A DNA stretch of 64,000 bases from Octopus vulgaris (lineage: Eukaryota). The DNA lies in contig OX597819.1 of assembly GCA_951406725.2 (NCBI GenBank), positions 124,434,001 through 124,498,000 on the forward strand. The letters are read 5' to 3'. How positions within the stretch are numbered: the first letter of the stretch is position 1; every line of letters begins with the position of its first letter. The notes under the pieces were generated by a model. The model saw nothing but the letters and a program-made list of their open reading frames with translations. It was not told where the DNA came from and ran no database searches. This document shows positions 12,626 to 25,626 of the stretch, piece after piece. The translations under genes were made by a program, and so were the position numbers.

Positions 12626-12872
12626 CTTTGTGAGCCTCTCTCTGGCTTTATATACCTATGGTGCAACCTCACCTGGAATTTGCATCACCGGTCTGGAACC
12701 CCTATCTTGCCCAGGATATTAAAGCCGTTCAGCAACATGCAACCAAGAGAATACCCTCCATCAGGCATTTGCCATTTGCCATATTCTGAACGCCTTACTT
12801 CCCTGGGAATGGACACATTGAAACTCCGACGTCTGGCAGCTGACTTGGCAGACACCCATAAAATTATTAACC
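12626..12872 (+). mobile_element. CR1-type LINE fragment
   Basis: VQPHLEFASPVWNPYL..ATKRIPSI..LPYSERL; near-identical to 11260-11358. Confidence 0.82.
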
Positions 12873-13395
12873 AAACATATGGAGTAGGATGATAATATTG
12901 AACTAGCAAAGAACTCTTTTTATTTTATTTGAATTTATGCCGCAGAATTTTTTTTTAATGATTTAAAAGTAAAAAAAAAAAAAAAAAGAAATCTATATGA
13001 TCAAGGAAAGTTGATCCTGACAAGATTCGAACTGAAAACGAAGAGGGACGAAGCTGAATATTGTCAAGTTTTTAATTGAACAATCCACTGTTTCCACTAC
13101 ACCACAATGATAATAATTTTTTAACAAAAGCCCAAGCCCAGAAATTTTGGGGGAGAGTAGCCGATTATATTGATCCTAGTACATGACTGGTACTTTATTT
13201 TATTGATCCTGTAAGGATAAAAGGCAAATTTTACCTTGTTGGGATTTGAATTCAGAATGTAAAAGTGCACAACTAAATACCATTCACTCTTCTATGTGCA
13301 TTCTACTAATGCACATAGACAGAAGTCCACAAATTTCAGGTAGTAGTCAAAGTTGATTAAACAATACCTTAGTATTTATTTCAGTGACTCTGGAG

Positions 13396-13625
13396 CAGTG
13401 CTTTTCAACCTTTTTGCTGGAGCGGAACCCCAAGAAAACATTTCACTGGCTCGAGGAACCCCTGTGTAATAATTTAATAGTCTTATGCACAGGTCTTATG
13501 CACATATCTGCACAGGAGAATTAAAAATTACTGCCGATTTTAGCATTTTTGTAAGTTCTTGCAGAACCCCTGGACTATACTGGTGGAACCCTAAGGTTCT
13601 GCGGAAACCTGGTTGAAAACCACTG
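13396..13625. mobile_element. hAT (Charlie-like) MITE
   Basis: TIRs CAGTGCTTTTCAACC / GGTTGAAAACCACTG; perfect 8-bp TSD CTCTGGAG (13388-13395, 13626-13633). Confidence 0.9.
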
Positions 13626-14517
13626 CTCTGGAGGAATGACAGAGAAAGCTGACTTAGAAGGTTAAGGGACCTAACTCAATATCGTAAGTCATTTTTGACG
13701 AATTTGCCGATTCTACTAGATAACCACTCATAGTAATAATACTAAGAATAATTAGTAATATAAGCAAAAGACCATGTGTTTTCAGAGAAGGATATTGTCA
13801 AAAAAATATTTTTCTCAATATTTCATTGGGACTTATTTTATAAAAATAAATGAAAGTAGTTTAGGAACTTGGAGGTTTCTTTCCCAAATAATAAGTTTCA
13901 GTTAGCTAAAAATATTTTGCAGGCACTTATAGCATTTTCACCGTTTCTGCAAGCTTATATTCCTTTTCCGAAAAAAAAAAAAAAATTGACAAATATAAAA
14001 AAATAAATAAAACTAAACAACAAAGATACTAGACATTTCCTTTTTATATCATATATACATATTATATATACACATAAAAGAATCCTACAAACATACAATA
14101 TCATATTTGTTTTCTTTGATTTTTATGTAATGTTACTTATAGCAAAGGAGGGAAAAAATAATTTATTGTTGCAATATAATTTTCATTTAAATAATACTTC
14201 AGAAAGACCATTGGAAAGACAACTTCTTGTAGTGAATTTAAATAAGAATTTCTAACAGTGACCAGCATGGCCAGCAATTTTAGGAGAAAGTCGGTCAATT
14301 ATACTGACCATAGTGCTTGAATGGCACTTAAGTTATTGACCCTGGAAGAATAAAAAAGTAAAGTCAACTTGGGTAGGATGTGAACTCAAAACATAAAGAG
14401 AAGTAACTAAATACTGAGAAGTATTTTGTTTGGCATTCTACCATTCCTGATTCTTCTGTTCACAGTCCTAGTAAGGGGGAGATTTGAACTCAGAACATAA
14501 ACAAATATAGCTGAATG

Positions 14518-14754
14518 CCTATTTCTTTACTGCCCACAAGGGGCTAAACACAGAGGGGACAAACAAGGACAGACAAACGGATTAAGTCGATTATATCGCC
14601 CCCAGTGCGTAACTGGCACTTATTTAATCAACCCCCGAAAGGATGAAAGGCAAAGTCGACCTTGGCGGAATATGAACTCAGAATGTAACGGCAGACAAAA
14701 TACCGCTAAGCATTTCGCCCGGCGTGCTTAACGTTTCTGCCAGCTTGCCGCCTT
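14518..14754 (-). mobile_element. Meta-core SINE, downstream of the NPRL2 stop (possible 3' UTR)
   Basis: Family match. Confidence 0.85.
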
Positions 14755-15128
14755 GAAACTAAATACCACAAACATTTTGCTTATTGCTCTACCAATTCTG
14801 CCACCTACTGCACTAGTAAGATTAAATAATGGTTACAAGTAAAAGAAAAAATTCAACTTAAATAAAGACACACCACCATGAAGTTGTGGTAGGGAAGAAA
14901 TAGGAATGAGATGGCAAAGTAATATCATTTTATCATTTTATCTAGTTTCAGCTCACGAGCTGTGGCCATGCTGGGGCACCGCCATAATATGTTGCACCCT
15001 TTTCTAGGTAAAGTATAATACTTAGTAACGTAAACATTTTAGTGAAAAAGAGTGAAAGAAATATAGACTGAGAGAATAAGCAGTATCAGTGTAGAGCTGC
15101 AAACTTCTGGCAGGTCATTTGAATGGGT

Positions 15129-15196
15129 TCATTTGAAATATACTACAACACTGGAATCACTTTCAACAAGTTCATCAAGTTCATTGTAACTCATAC
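15129..15196 (-). CDS. NPRL2: NPRL2 terminal coding exon 11 (MSYNELDELVESDSSVVVYFK*)
   Basis: Pyrimidine tract plus cacag acceptor; TGA at 15131-15129. Confidence 0.94.
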
Positions 15197-15635
15197 CTGT
15201 GAAGAAAGAAAAGAAAAGATCCTAGATAAACGTGGTTTAGTCAAATATTATTTATGATTTCTTGTTTTGATACAAGGCCACACATTTGTAGGGTAAGGGT
15301 GGTACTTATTTTATGAAATTAAAAGGAGTGAAATCAAAGTCTAAGCCAACACCAGTAAAATTCCAATTGAGAATGCACAAGAAGGTAACTGTAAGTGATG
15401 ATCAGTCAAGCATGTTAATAATATTTATTGTTGTCATCAACAACAGTTGTTGCTTGTCATCACCTGTACTACCAGTGTTGACCACATCCACAACATTAAT
15501 CCATTGTGTAATTGTACTGGTTTGATTCAACAGTGTTTAAACTAGTTGCCAAATGGTTGATGGCTCATATCCTATTACTGATATTCTGTTGTGTCTATTG
15601 CTAAACACTTAATTTAAGTGCTTGCTTGAATCCAC

Positions 15636-16090
15636 CTAAATATGAAATCTTCAAAGCCACAGTCGAACCAATTCTACTATGTGGCTCAGAAACCTGGACA
15701 TTATCAAAGAAGCTTGAGAGGCGGTTGGATGGAACTTACACTCGTCTCCTTATGAGAGCTCAAAATCTCTCGTGGAAGTGTCATCTAACCAAAATGCAAA
15801 TATATGGGAAACTACCACCTGTGTCATCTCTTGTGAAAGGTAAGAGAGTCCAGTTTGCTGGACATTGTTGTAGAGCTGAAAACGAGGCAATTTCTACTCT
15901 TCTCCTCTGGAAGCCATCTGCTCGCAATACCAGAGGGCGCACACTCTCCTACCCTGATGTAATCTCCAGGGATACAGGCATCCAGCAACAGGACTTCCGT
16001 AATGCTATAATGGACCGTGAAGTCTGATGTAGCATGGTAAATTCCATCGTCTCAACCACGGTCAAACAATGATGATGATGATGATGATGA
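15636..16090 (+). mobile_element. RTE-clade LINE 3' fragment, (GAT)n tail
   Basis: FKATVEPILLCGSETWTL..FAGHCCR..DREV; second copy at 37739. Confidence 0.87.
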
Positions 16091-16461
16091 GGTCAGTATA
16101 AATATTGATTTTCTTTCTGTTAGCTTGCAGAATTCAACTGTTTCTATGTTTCTAAAGAAGGTAATGCAAGGCTGTTTAGCTCCTGTATTATGCCACAGGC
16201 TAAGCTCACCATTTACATTTAAACTAACAAAAGAAAAAACATAGAGAGAAAGAAACACAATAATACTCAACATGGTTATATGAACTGCTAGAGATAGCAA
16301 CCAGCTTCCCCTAAAACCACACCCTACAGTTTAAAAAAAAGAACACATTGGAAGATATAGTCCAGAGTACACTATGCTTGAAAAAAGATGGGACTTAAAT
16401 GTCTTTGATCAGAGATCTACTTAACCCAAGCTGATCAGGGTTAAATACCATCAGCACTAAC

Positions 16462-16828
16462 ACCCAATGGTTAGGGGAGTGGACTCATGGTCGGAGGATC
16501 GCGGTTTTGATTCCCAGACCGGGCGTTGTGTGTGTTTATTGAGTGAAAAACATCTAAAGCTCCACTAGGCTCCGGCAGGGGGTGGTGGTGACCCCTGTTG
16601 TACTCTTTCGCGCCAGCTTTCTCTCACTCTTTCTTCCTGTTTCTTGTCCCCGACTTCCTATGCAACTGCTGAGCCTGGATGCGCATTCATCCATCCGTCG
16701 ATGCTCTCGGTGTCGGGGGTTGACCTGCTTTCTCTTCTGCGGGTCTTACGAATAGCAAAGGACCACGTTTCGGATTTCTCCCACTACAGACATAGGACGA
16801 AGACCGCTTCGCTCAACAAACAAACAAT
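16462..16828 (+). mobile_element. tRNA-derived SINE, same head/core as 292-675 with a different 3' part and (CAAA)n tail
   Basis: Shared ggatcgcggtt..gattcccagaccgggcgttgtg..aagctccac; diverges after about 16645. Confidence 0.75.
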
Positions 16829-17449
16829 TAGCACCAGCACTACCAACAACGATTTTGGCCAACCTTATTGATGAATCTCAGCCGAGATCTAATTCAGGCC
16901 ACATATAATGGTTGGTGGGCCACAGTCCATTCCTTGTTAAACTCATAATGCACAGCAGTTACATGAATATTCATTTGTTTAATTTTCAAAATAATCAAGA
17001 ATTATGAGAAGTTAAATGAAATAACTAAATTGAAAAAGACAAATGTTTACCTCATGAAATCTGATATTTTAGTTTATTTAATAACGATCTTTCAATCCAA
17101 AATCTTAATTTTCAACAATCTAAAAGAGATTACAAAGCAGCTACCTTCTCCATGAACAAATCTACATAGCTATGTAACTATGTTTTTAGAATGGTTAAAT
17201 GAGGGCAACATTGCTACCCAGTATGTCATAATTTTGGAATTCTTTTTGTACTGCTTGTTTTAAAGTTATAGCTATTTGTTATCTAATAGTTGTACACTGC
17301 ACTACACAGCATACGATGTAATATGAGTTGTATTTCTCAACATACTTTGTCTTGCTGCGAAGGTTGTTTTGGGATAAAAAAGAGAAATTACATAATGAAG
17401 AAATGACCAACTGAAATCTTGAATCTCCCTTACTCTTGCCTCAGCAACA

Positions 17450-17803
17450 TCAAAATAAAAATTCAAATGGAAATTGCAGTTAAGACACCTGTGCTGGTGA
17501 CACGTAAAAAGCACCGTCCGAATGTTGCAGATGCCAGCGCTGCCTGATTGGCGTCCGTGTCGGTGACACATAAAAGCACCAACCGATCGTGGCCATTTGC
17601 CAGCCTGCTCTGGCACCTGTGCCGGTGGCACATAAAAAACACCCACTACACTCATGGAGTGGTTGGCATTAGGAAGGGCATCCAGCTGTAGAAACACTGC
17701 TAGATCAGATTGGAGCCTGGTGCAGCCACCATGGCTTCCCAGACCCCAGTCGAACCATCCAACCCATGCTAGCATGGAAAACGGACGTTAGATGATGATC
17801 ATG
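17450..17803 (+). mobile_element. RTE-tail retroposon copy
   Basis: Family match; opposite orientation to the copy at 19309. Confidence 0.85.
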
Positions 17804-18330
17804 AATATATTCTCTGGTTTAGGTATGAGCACTTTATAAACATTGTGTCATGTTTTGTAATGCAGTATTTCTCAGTTTGCATTGGACTGGATGTTCTGCG
17901 GCAACATTCCTCATCTAGGATCTCATTATACTTTAGCATGTGAGGGAAGTGTTACAAGATTGTCAAATTAATTATGCAATCAAATAATCATCAATAAAAG
18001 AAGAGTAAATTTCTAAAACCTCTGAAGACTAATTACTTACAATATTACAAATTAGATATATTATGACAGGGAAAATGGGTATTAGGGGGAGCTTTGAAAA
18101 TGATGGAATTGGGGAAAAAATGTAAAATAAACATCATTAAAAAGATTTAGAAATTGTAACAAGTGAAGTCTCAGCACTCAAGACGACAGTAAAAATGCTA
18201 AACCAGTCTTTTGTTTACAAAGCTCATGCAGAGCACCCAGAGATGTTTATAAGACTTTTGATGTTCTACTGTTTTGGTGTGTGTATAAGAGAAAGAAAGA
18301 AAGAGAGAAGCCAAGAGCAATTTTTCTTAC

Positions 18331-18485
18331 CCATTCGGCCACATATTTCATCATAGCTGTGAAGTCCGTTAAAATAGTGGTACAATGTCTGCATTCGGGG
18401 CTGGATGTTGATGTTGTGAATCTTTACTGGATATCGATGGATTCGACGGATTAAGCCTTTGATTAACCCAAACTGAATCAATTTC
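18331..18485 (-). CDS. NPRL2: NPRL2 exon 10 (KLIQFGLIKGLIRRIHRYPVK...NGLHSYDEICGRMG)
   Basis: tttttaag acceptor, gtaaga donor, 155 nt; overlaps ORF 18266..18535. Confidence 0.96.
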
Positions 18486-18707
18486 CTTAAAAATGAAAGC
18501 AATGAATTAAAAAAAAACAAGCAGACACAAGACAAAACATCATCATCATCATCATCATTTTAGTGACTGCTTTTCTGTGCTTGCATAAGTCACATGAGAG
18601 CAAGCTGGAGCAGAGTTTTCCATGGATGTTGCTTATCTTCCTATTGCCAATCTCAGTCTATCAGACAAGAAATAGTCCAGAAATGTTTTTATAGCGAACT
18701 AGCAGTT

Positions 18708-18975
18708 AAGCCCTTGTCACCGGCTGACACTCGTTGATGCTACACCGAAGAGGCCAGGGAACAGAAGAAAGAAGACATGCACCCAACACCAGAGCTGAAG
18801 ACACCTCTGAAAGGGGGGACCCCGTCATATCAAAACGGTAGAGGAATAGGGGCCGAAACCGGACATGGTTTCTCCTGATGATGTCTTGCGCTAACTGGAT
18901 CCTATAAAGGAGCTGTTGTGGTAGCAGACCATGAAACACGGTTGTAATTCCTGGATAAAGGCATGCTTGCACTTA
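18708..18975. repeat. Unclassified GC-rich dispersed repeat (inverted copy at 42945-43185)
   Basis: ORFs 18706..18972(-) and 42957..43187(+) translate nearly identically. Confidence 0.75.
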
Positions 18976-19029
18976 CTGACTCTGAAAAGAATGAGGCATC
19001 TGTGGAAAATGCATAGGAAAACGAGAGTC

Positions 19030-19310
19030 TTTCCAATGTTGATGGCCCATTGACAGCAGTATGATAGATAAGGCCCTTAAGGATATGGAGATACAGATGG
19101 CCCCTGGTCCTTCAGGAATTACTGGCAGAATAGCATATGGCCTCATCGTCATCTACATAATTAATAAAGTTATACAAGAAGGTGCCATTCTAAATACTGG
19201 TGCAGTAGTATTATAGTCAGCTGTTACAAGAGTAAAGGGGATGCCTTGGGTAGAAGTAATTAGAGAGGTATCAAATTGCTGGACAAGATCATGAAAGTTC
19301 TGGAGGGAGT
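19030..19310 (+). mobile_element. Decayed RTE reverse-transcriptase fragment
   Basis: APGPSGIT..IVSCYKSKGDAL..RGIKLLDKIMKVLE across frameshifts. Confidence 0.65.
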
Positions 19311-19565
19311 CATCATCATCATGATCGTTTAACGTCCGCTTTCCAAGCTAGCATGGGTTGAATGGTTTGACTGGGGTCTAGGAAGCCAGGAGGCTGCACC
19401 AGGCTCCAATCTGATCTGGCAGTGTTTCTACAGTTGGATGCCCTTCCTAACGCCAACCACTCCATGAGTGTAGTGGGCGCTTTTTACATGCCACCGGCAC
19501 AGGGGCCAGGAGGAGCTGACAATGGCCACGATCAGTTGGTGCTTTTTACGTGCCACTGGCACGTA
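19309..19565 (-). mobile_element. RTE-tail retroposon copy
   Basis: Family match. Confidence 0.85.
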
Positions 19566-19776
19566 AATTCTGCTATGAGGGCCAAGTGCTATGTAAATAA
19601 CGCATGTAAGCAGATGGAACACACAAAGACAACTTGTGGTCATGCAGTGATGACTGGCAGCCACAGAAATTTCAAGTTGCCCTCACCTGGATTAAAGGAG
19701 GTGTACCTGTACTTTTAAATTTAATATATTGCATGCAGTTGAATGATAAATTTATTAATTAGTGTAAAAGATTTAC

Positions 19777-19894
19777 CGTTCATCAATCCTCAAAGCTCTG
19801 GGATTAAATTGGCAGCAGATATCACGTACAGTTGTGCCAGGGTTCATTTCACAAAGTAAATGGAAAATGTCTTTGAATTCTGGTAAAGAATGCC
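19777..19894 (-). CDS. NPRL2: NPRL2 exon 9 (HSLPEFKDIFHLLCEMNPGTTVRDICCQFNPRALRIDER)
   Basis: tatctag acceptor, gtaaat donor, 118 nt; PGTTVRD motif. Confidence 0.95.
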
Positions 19895-20315
19895 CTAGAT
19901 ATAGAGAAAAATACCCACAACTTAATAAAAATTTATAATATAGTGTAATTTCAAAAACATTTTTTTTAATATAGTAATTTTAAAATATTTTTTTAATATA
20001 GTAATTTTAAAGTATTTTTTCTTTATTTTATACTTTTATAAGATGTTTCAGTGTTTTTGAGTTTGTATTTCAGCTTCTAAGACATCAAACAGGTGAGAGA
20101 GACTTCCTCACAGATATGGTGCTATCTATTGCACCTAAGAAGATTTCAGCATTATGAGCTAACAAAGCTCTGACCAATTACACAAAGCCCTCAGAAACCA
20201 CAAAGAGTGAGAAATAACATATATAACTGACACTAATAAAATCATTGAAGAATTGCAAAATATAAGTTTTGAAACACTAATTCTTCAGGTTAAATTTCTC
20301 TCTTTTTTTTTTTAA

Positions 20316-20525
20316 CCCTTTCGTAACTGTATTTATTTTCAGACGCTCTGTGTTTCTTTCAATTACTTTAAATATAACAAAGAATTTAGTAAAATAACTA
20401 AGTTGTCATTAAGCTAGATTTAGGAACATAAATTGTGACTAAGATTTGGTGGAAGATTTTAATTCAAAACTTGTGAAAACAAGACATTTGTACTCAGAAC
20501 CAGAGCCGGTTTGGTAACAAAAGGG
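20316..20525. mobile_element. TTAA-type (piggyBac-like) MITE
   Basis: TTAA|CCCTTTCGTAAC...GTAACAAAAGGG|TTAA; 26 nt from the NPRL2 exon 8 donor. Confidence 0.88.
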
Positions 20526-20551
20526 TTAAATATAGTTTTATGGTTGCTTAC

Positions 20552-20645
20552 CTTGAGTTCTTACATATCTAACACACTCATCTTGTAAGTCTTTATCTTC
20601 AGAAAGTCGATATATTTCAGGGGTTGTGGCATGAACATTTGAATA
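20552..20645 (-). CDS. NPRL2: NPRL2 exon 8 (YSNVHATTPEIYRLSEDKDLQDECVRYVRTQG)
   Basis: attttcag acceptor, gtaagc donor, 94 nt. Confidence 0.95.
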
Positions 20646-20770
20646 CTGAAAATATATAGGAAAGAACTGTTTTACAAGAATTGTTGCTTGCGTATAAAGC
20701 ACATAGTTTGAAATTAAGTATACCATTGATATACATAGCATATTTTTCATTATTAACATATACAACAAAT

Positions 20771-21100
20771 CATCATCATCATCATCAGCGTTTAACGTCC
20801 GTTTTCCGTGCTAGCATGGGTTGGATGATTCGACCGGGGTCTGGGAGGCCAGGAGGCTGTACCAGGCTCCAGTCTGATCTGGCAGTGTTTCTACAGCTGG
20901 ATGCCCTTCCTAACGCCAACCACTCCGTGAGTGTAGTGGGTGCTTTTTACTTGCCACCAGCACAGGTGCCAGGAGAGGCTGGCAACGGCCACGATCGGTT
21001 GGTGCTTTTTATGTGCCACCAGCACAAGTGCCAGGAGAGGCTGGCAACGGCCACGATCGGGTTGGTGCTTTTTATGTGCCACCAGCATGGAAGCCAGTCA
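20771..21100 (-). mobile_element. RTE-tail retroposon copy
   Basis: Family match. Confidence 0.85.
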
Positions 21101-22192
21101 TGAAGAATGAAGAATATTGAATGAGGAATTTGGAAGAAGTTTAAGTAGGAACCAACTCTACAGGTAACAAACCTTTTCTTTAGCCGGCCAGACTTTTGCA
21201 TGGTTATTCATCCTACTCAATACAGCATTGGCACTAATCCTTCTCTTTCACAATGGGGCATTGAAAACAGTACCAAAAACAAATTTGTCCTTTCATTGAA
21301 ACTGTAGACAATAAAGGTGTGATAATATATGCATATTGAGTGGAAAATATTTTCAATGACTGGTGTGTAATGTTATACACCAGATGTTCATCATCATCAT
21401 TGTTTAACGTCCGCTTTCCTTGCTAGCATGGGTTAAATGATTTTGACTGAGGGCTGGCGAACCAGATGGCTGCACCAGGTTCCAATCTTAATCTGGCAGA
21501 GTTTCTACAGCTGGATGCCCTTCCTAACGCCAACCACTCTGAGAGTATGTGAAAATAAGGTGAATGTGCAGAAATTCTACTGTTGTTATAACACCTTTTC
21601 TTTCTTTTATGGAATTTGTCTACTCAAGGCCTTCAGCTCAACCCTACATGTTCTTAAAGCACTGAAATTCATATCTCACTTTCCTAACTCATAGATATAG
21701 TTGTTACTGTTAAAATGTTAGTTCCATTTATATAATTTTTGATAATGTCCACTGCAAAACTGTTGGTCCAGTGGTAGTGTAAAATGTCTTATTGAAACTT
21801 TGAAAATAAGAAAACCATTTGAAACTGATTTGAAATGCATCTTGTATCATGTATTTCCTGTATGTTGTTTTGCGTTTTACAGAGGCATAGTAGTGCATTG
21901 TAGACTAAGATTCTTGGCCTATTTTTCAAAGCTCTAAAAAATAAAATGACAGCTTCTAAAAAACACCAGTTTCAAAGCATTTGATTTTCAACCTAAACTA
22001 TCATTACAGGTAAAGCATTGGACAAAGTGCCTAACAGTATTTATATTCTTCTAAATTTCAAGTTCAAGTGTTGTCAAGACTGACCTTGCCTTTGACCCCT
22101 CTAAGGTCAATAAAGTATCAATCATGTAACTTCCTTGAATTAACAATGCCTCTTTCTTAGACATGTCTAACATTGTATATATGCAAGAGATT

Positions 22193-22193
<1 letters not shown>

Positions 22194-22255
<62 letters not shown>

Positions 22256-22700
22256 CATTGTGTACAGTGCTCAGGTGCACTACAACTCATCTAAAGTGCA
22301 TATATAATCAGGTGTAGTTTCGGCGGATTTTGGAAAGCATGAGGGCCTTAAAGGATGCAGTGTCATGGCAGTCAACAACTGACGCAGGCAGTTTATTCCA
22401 TGCTTCAGCAACTCTGAGCGTGAAAAAATGTTTCCGAAAGTCATGGGAGCTGTGTTGTTTTCTGACTTTGTAGGCATGTCCACGTGTGTTGGACACATGG
22501 AGATCAAAAAGGTGTTCAGTGTTGTTGTTGGTGAGGTGGTTGATAACCTTGTGGGTGTTTACCAAGTCCATCGCCAGACGCCAGAGCTTCAGTGAATCCA
22601 TGCCCAGGGAAACAAGGCGCTCAGAGTATGGTAGGTGTCTGATGGAGGGTATGCGTTTGGCTGCACGTCTCTGAACAGATTCCAGGAGGTCAATGTTCTG
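22194..22700 (-). mobile_element. CR1-type LINE 3' end with a long (ATT)n tail
   Basis: ORF 22308..22601 TRGHAYK..FFTLRVAEAWNKLP; (TAA)n at 22194-22252. Confidence 0.88.
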
Positions 22701-23303
22701 CAGTATATATATTGCAGTATCTACTCATGATATATACTTTGGACAGATGTATGAGACTTTTAGAGTTTTTCTATCATTGACACAATATAGATGGGGGACT
22801 TTGTTGATGACTGATTCGGGCAGCTCAGATTTTCCAGTTAAAGAAGTTCTCCTAGTACAGTTTGGACTTAAATTTAGCTGCTCCCAAACTTGTTTCAGAC
22901 AAAGATCCTTTTAAGGACTGATGATTAGTTTTATAGCATAACTGCATAATTAAGAAATCCACTTTACATCACATGTGTGGTACTTTGGGTAAGTATCTTT
23001 TATCAAAGCTATGGGTTGACCAATGGCTTGTTACTGAAATTTGGTTGACAAAAAACTGTGTGGAAGTCTGTGTGTGTGCATTATGTGTATATCAATGAAA
23101 GATATAAACATCATCATTCAATGTCTGTTGATCATGCTGTCATGGGTTGGACAGTTTAACAATGGCTGATAAGCTGAGGGGCTGCACCTGACTCCAGTTT
23201 GATTTGGCATGGTTTCTACAACTGGATGCCTTTCTTAATGCTAACCACTCCAAGAATGTAATGGGTTCTTTGACATGCCACTTTGTTTGACATCAGTATC
23301 TAC

Positions 23304-25626
23304 TGTAGTGACGTAAGTCATAAACTTTTCATCATTATCATCATTATCATTGTTTAACGTCCACTTTCCATGCTAGCACGGGTTGGAAGATTTTGACTGA
23401 GGGCTGGCGAACCAGATGGCTGCACCAGGCTCCAATCTTGATCTGGCAGAGTTTCTACAGCTGGATGCCCTTCCTAACGCCAACCACTCCGAGAGTGTAG
23501 TGGGTGCTTTTTACGTGCCACGGGCATGAGGGCCAGTCAGGCGGTACTGGCAACGACCTCGCTCAAATCTTTTTTTACACATACCACCAGCACAGGTGCC
23601 AGTAAGGCAACGCTGGTAACGATCATGCTCGAATGGTGCCTTTTAAGTGCCACTGGCACGGAAGCCACTTAGCCGTTTTGTCAATGATGATGCTCGTATG
23701 GAGCTCTTTGTACCCTGCTAGCATGGACGCCAGTCATCGAATTTGATTTTGATTTCCTTTGCCTCAACAGGTCTTCGCAAGCAGAGTTTTAGTGTCCAAA
23801 GAAGGAAAAGGTACGCATAAGTGGGCTGGTTACGCCCCTGGCATAGGCCATCAATATTTATTATCTTTTCCAAGTTTGAACACATTATAAATTGGTGACC
23901 AACTGACATTGATTATGGAGTCTACTCGGGAGAATAATCGCCATATAAAAATAAGATAGTATCATCGTTATAAAAGTGTTGACCCTTGCGAAAAATATAT
24001 AAAATTTTATATAGGAAATAGACGCCAGTTTCATTACACAAAATTTTATTAACGGAAATATTTAATATTAAAGGTTGAAGGAAGAAAGAACACTGAAGAA
24101 ATAAACAATAATACTCATGAAAAGTTTTAACTACACTTTCTAGCAAGCTAAATTTATACTTCATAGTTGTTGAAAGCATTATTTCACTAAGTGAAAATGT
24201 TTCTTCTTGAGAATTTTAATACATTTGAATCATCATTATCATCGTTTAATGTCCGTTTTCCATGCTGGCATGGGTTTTGGATGGTTCGACCGGGGTCTTG
24301 GAAGCCAGGAGGCTGCACCAGGCTCTAGTCTGATCTGGCAGTGTTTCTACAGCTGGATGCCCTTCCTAACACCATCCACTCTGTGATGAGTGTAGTGGGT
24401 GCTTTTTACGTGCCACTGGCACAGGTGCCAGGGGAGACTGGCAATGGCCATGATCGGTTGGTGGTTTTTATGTGCCACCGACATGGAATCCAGTCAAGGC
24501 GGCGCTGGCATCAGCCACGTATGGATGGTGCTTTTTACGTGCCAGGGCTGCTGGCAACGGCCACGGATGGTTGACAATATTAAAGAGTTTGTAATGTCTT
24601 ATTTTGATAGAGGATATATGCAAGCTTCTGTTTTGCCTCCCTCTTGAGCGGGTGGCACCATTATCTGGTTTGCTCAATTAGAAGCAAGTTTTGCAGCAAA
24701 CAATAACAACAGAGGCACACAAATATAACATTATGTTAAGCAACTTACCACCACCTCTGGCAATAAAATTAGAGACTTATTAACAGATCCTACTGAACCA
24801 TTTTCGTATTCTTCCATAAAGGAAGAGATACCAAAGAGGACTTCCAGAACCAAGCAAAAAGAATTCAGTAAGTTGTTCAATAATGAAGAACAAGGTGTCA
24901 GGAAACCTACTCAACTTCTTCGTAGAATGAAAGAACTTCTTGGAAATCAACAGACAGAAGAGTCTTATCTTAAAAAGAAGTTTTCTTTGGCAAGTTGCCT
25001 CATGGCACTCAAACTCTACTTTCAGAGGTGAAAGAGCAAAACTTTCTCAAACAATTAGCAGATTTGGCAGATGGTATATTGGAATTATCATCTAGAGAGT
25101 CTGTTAATGCCTTACCATCCATTTCTTCAGAATTACAGAAGATGAAAGAAACTTATGAAGAGCAATTAAAATTATTAACAGACAAAATTGAAAGTCTTCA
25201 ACTAGGAAGAGATAAGCGTTCTCATAACAGAAATAATGCAAGGTGGCGTAGATGACTGAAAAGTCCCAGAAGAAACGCTACATGCTGGTACCATACAAAA
25301 TTCGGTGACAAATCTTATCGTATTATACCAGGCTCATTTGATTTTCTAACCACCCCCAAAAAGTTCAGGAAACTTCTCAACCACAGATTAGATGGGACGA
25401 AATCTGTGGACAACATCATAAAAAGTCATGTATTCTTCATATTTCACTCTAATTCCAAACAAAGATTCTTAGTTGATACAGGAGCAGATTGTTCCATTTG
25501 GCCGGTTAAACTTTTAAAAGAGAAACCTAAGCCTGCTTATTTGACTCTACAAGCTGTCAATCAGTCTGATATTCAAACATTTGGTGACCAACTGACATTG
25601 ATTATGGGAGAATAATCACCATTATA
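23304..25626 (+). mobile_element. Internally deleted Ty3/Gypsy LTR retrotransposon (CsRn1-like gag-protease)
   Basis: WFAQLEASF, KPTQLLRRMKEL, CWYHTKFG, FLVDTGADCS protease; TGTAG start; PBS-like TGGTGACC at 23893; flanks CTAC/CTGC; two short retroposons nested inside. Confidence 0.75.

Noticed and set aside
18850-18890. GAAA...CTGATGA hammerhead-like motif
   Set aside because: Only 4 nt lie between the putative cleavage site and CUGAUGA (no stem I), and stem II does not pair.
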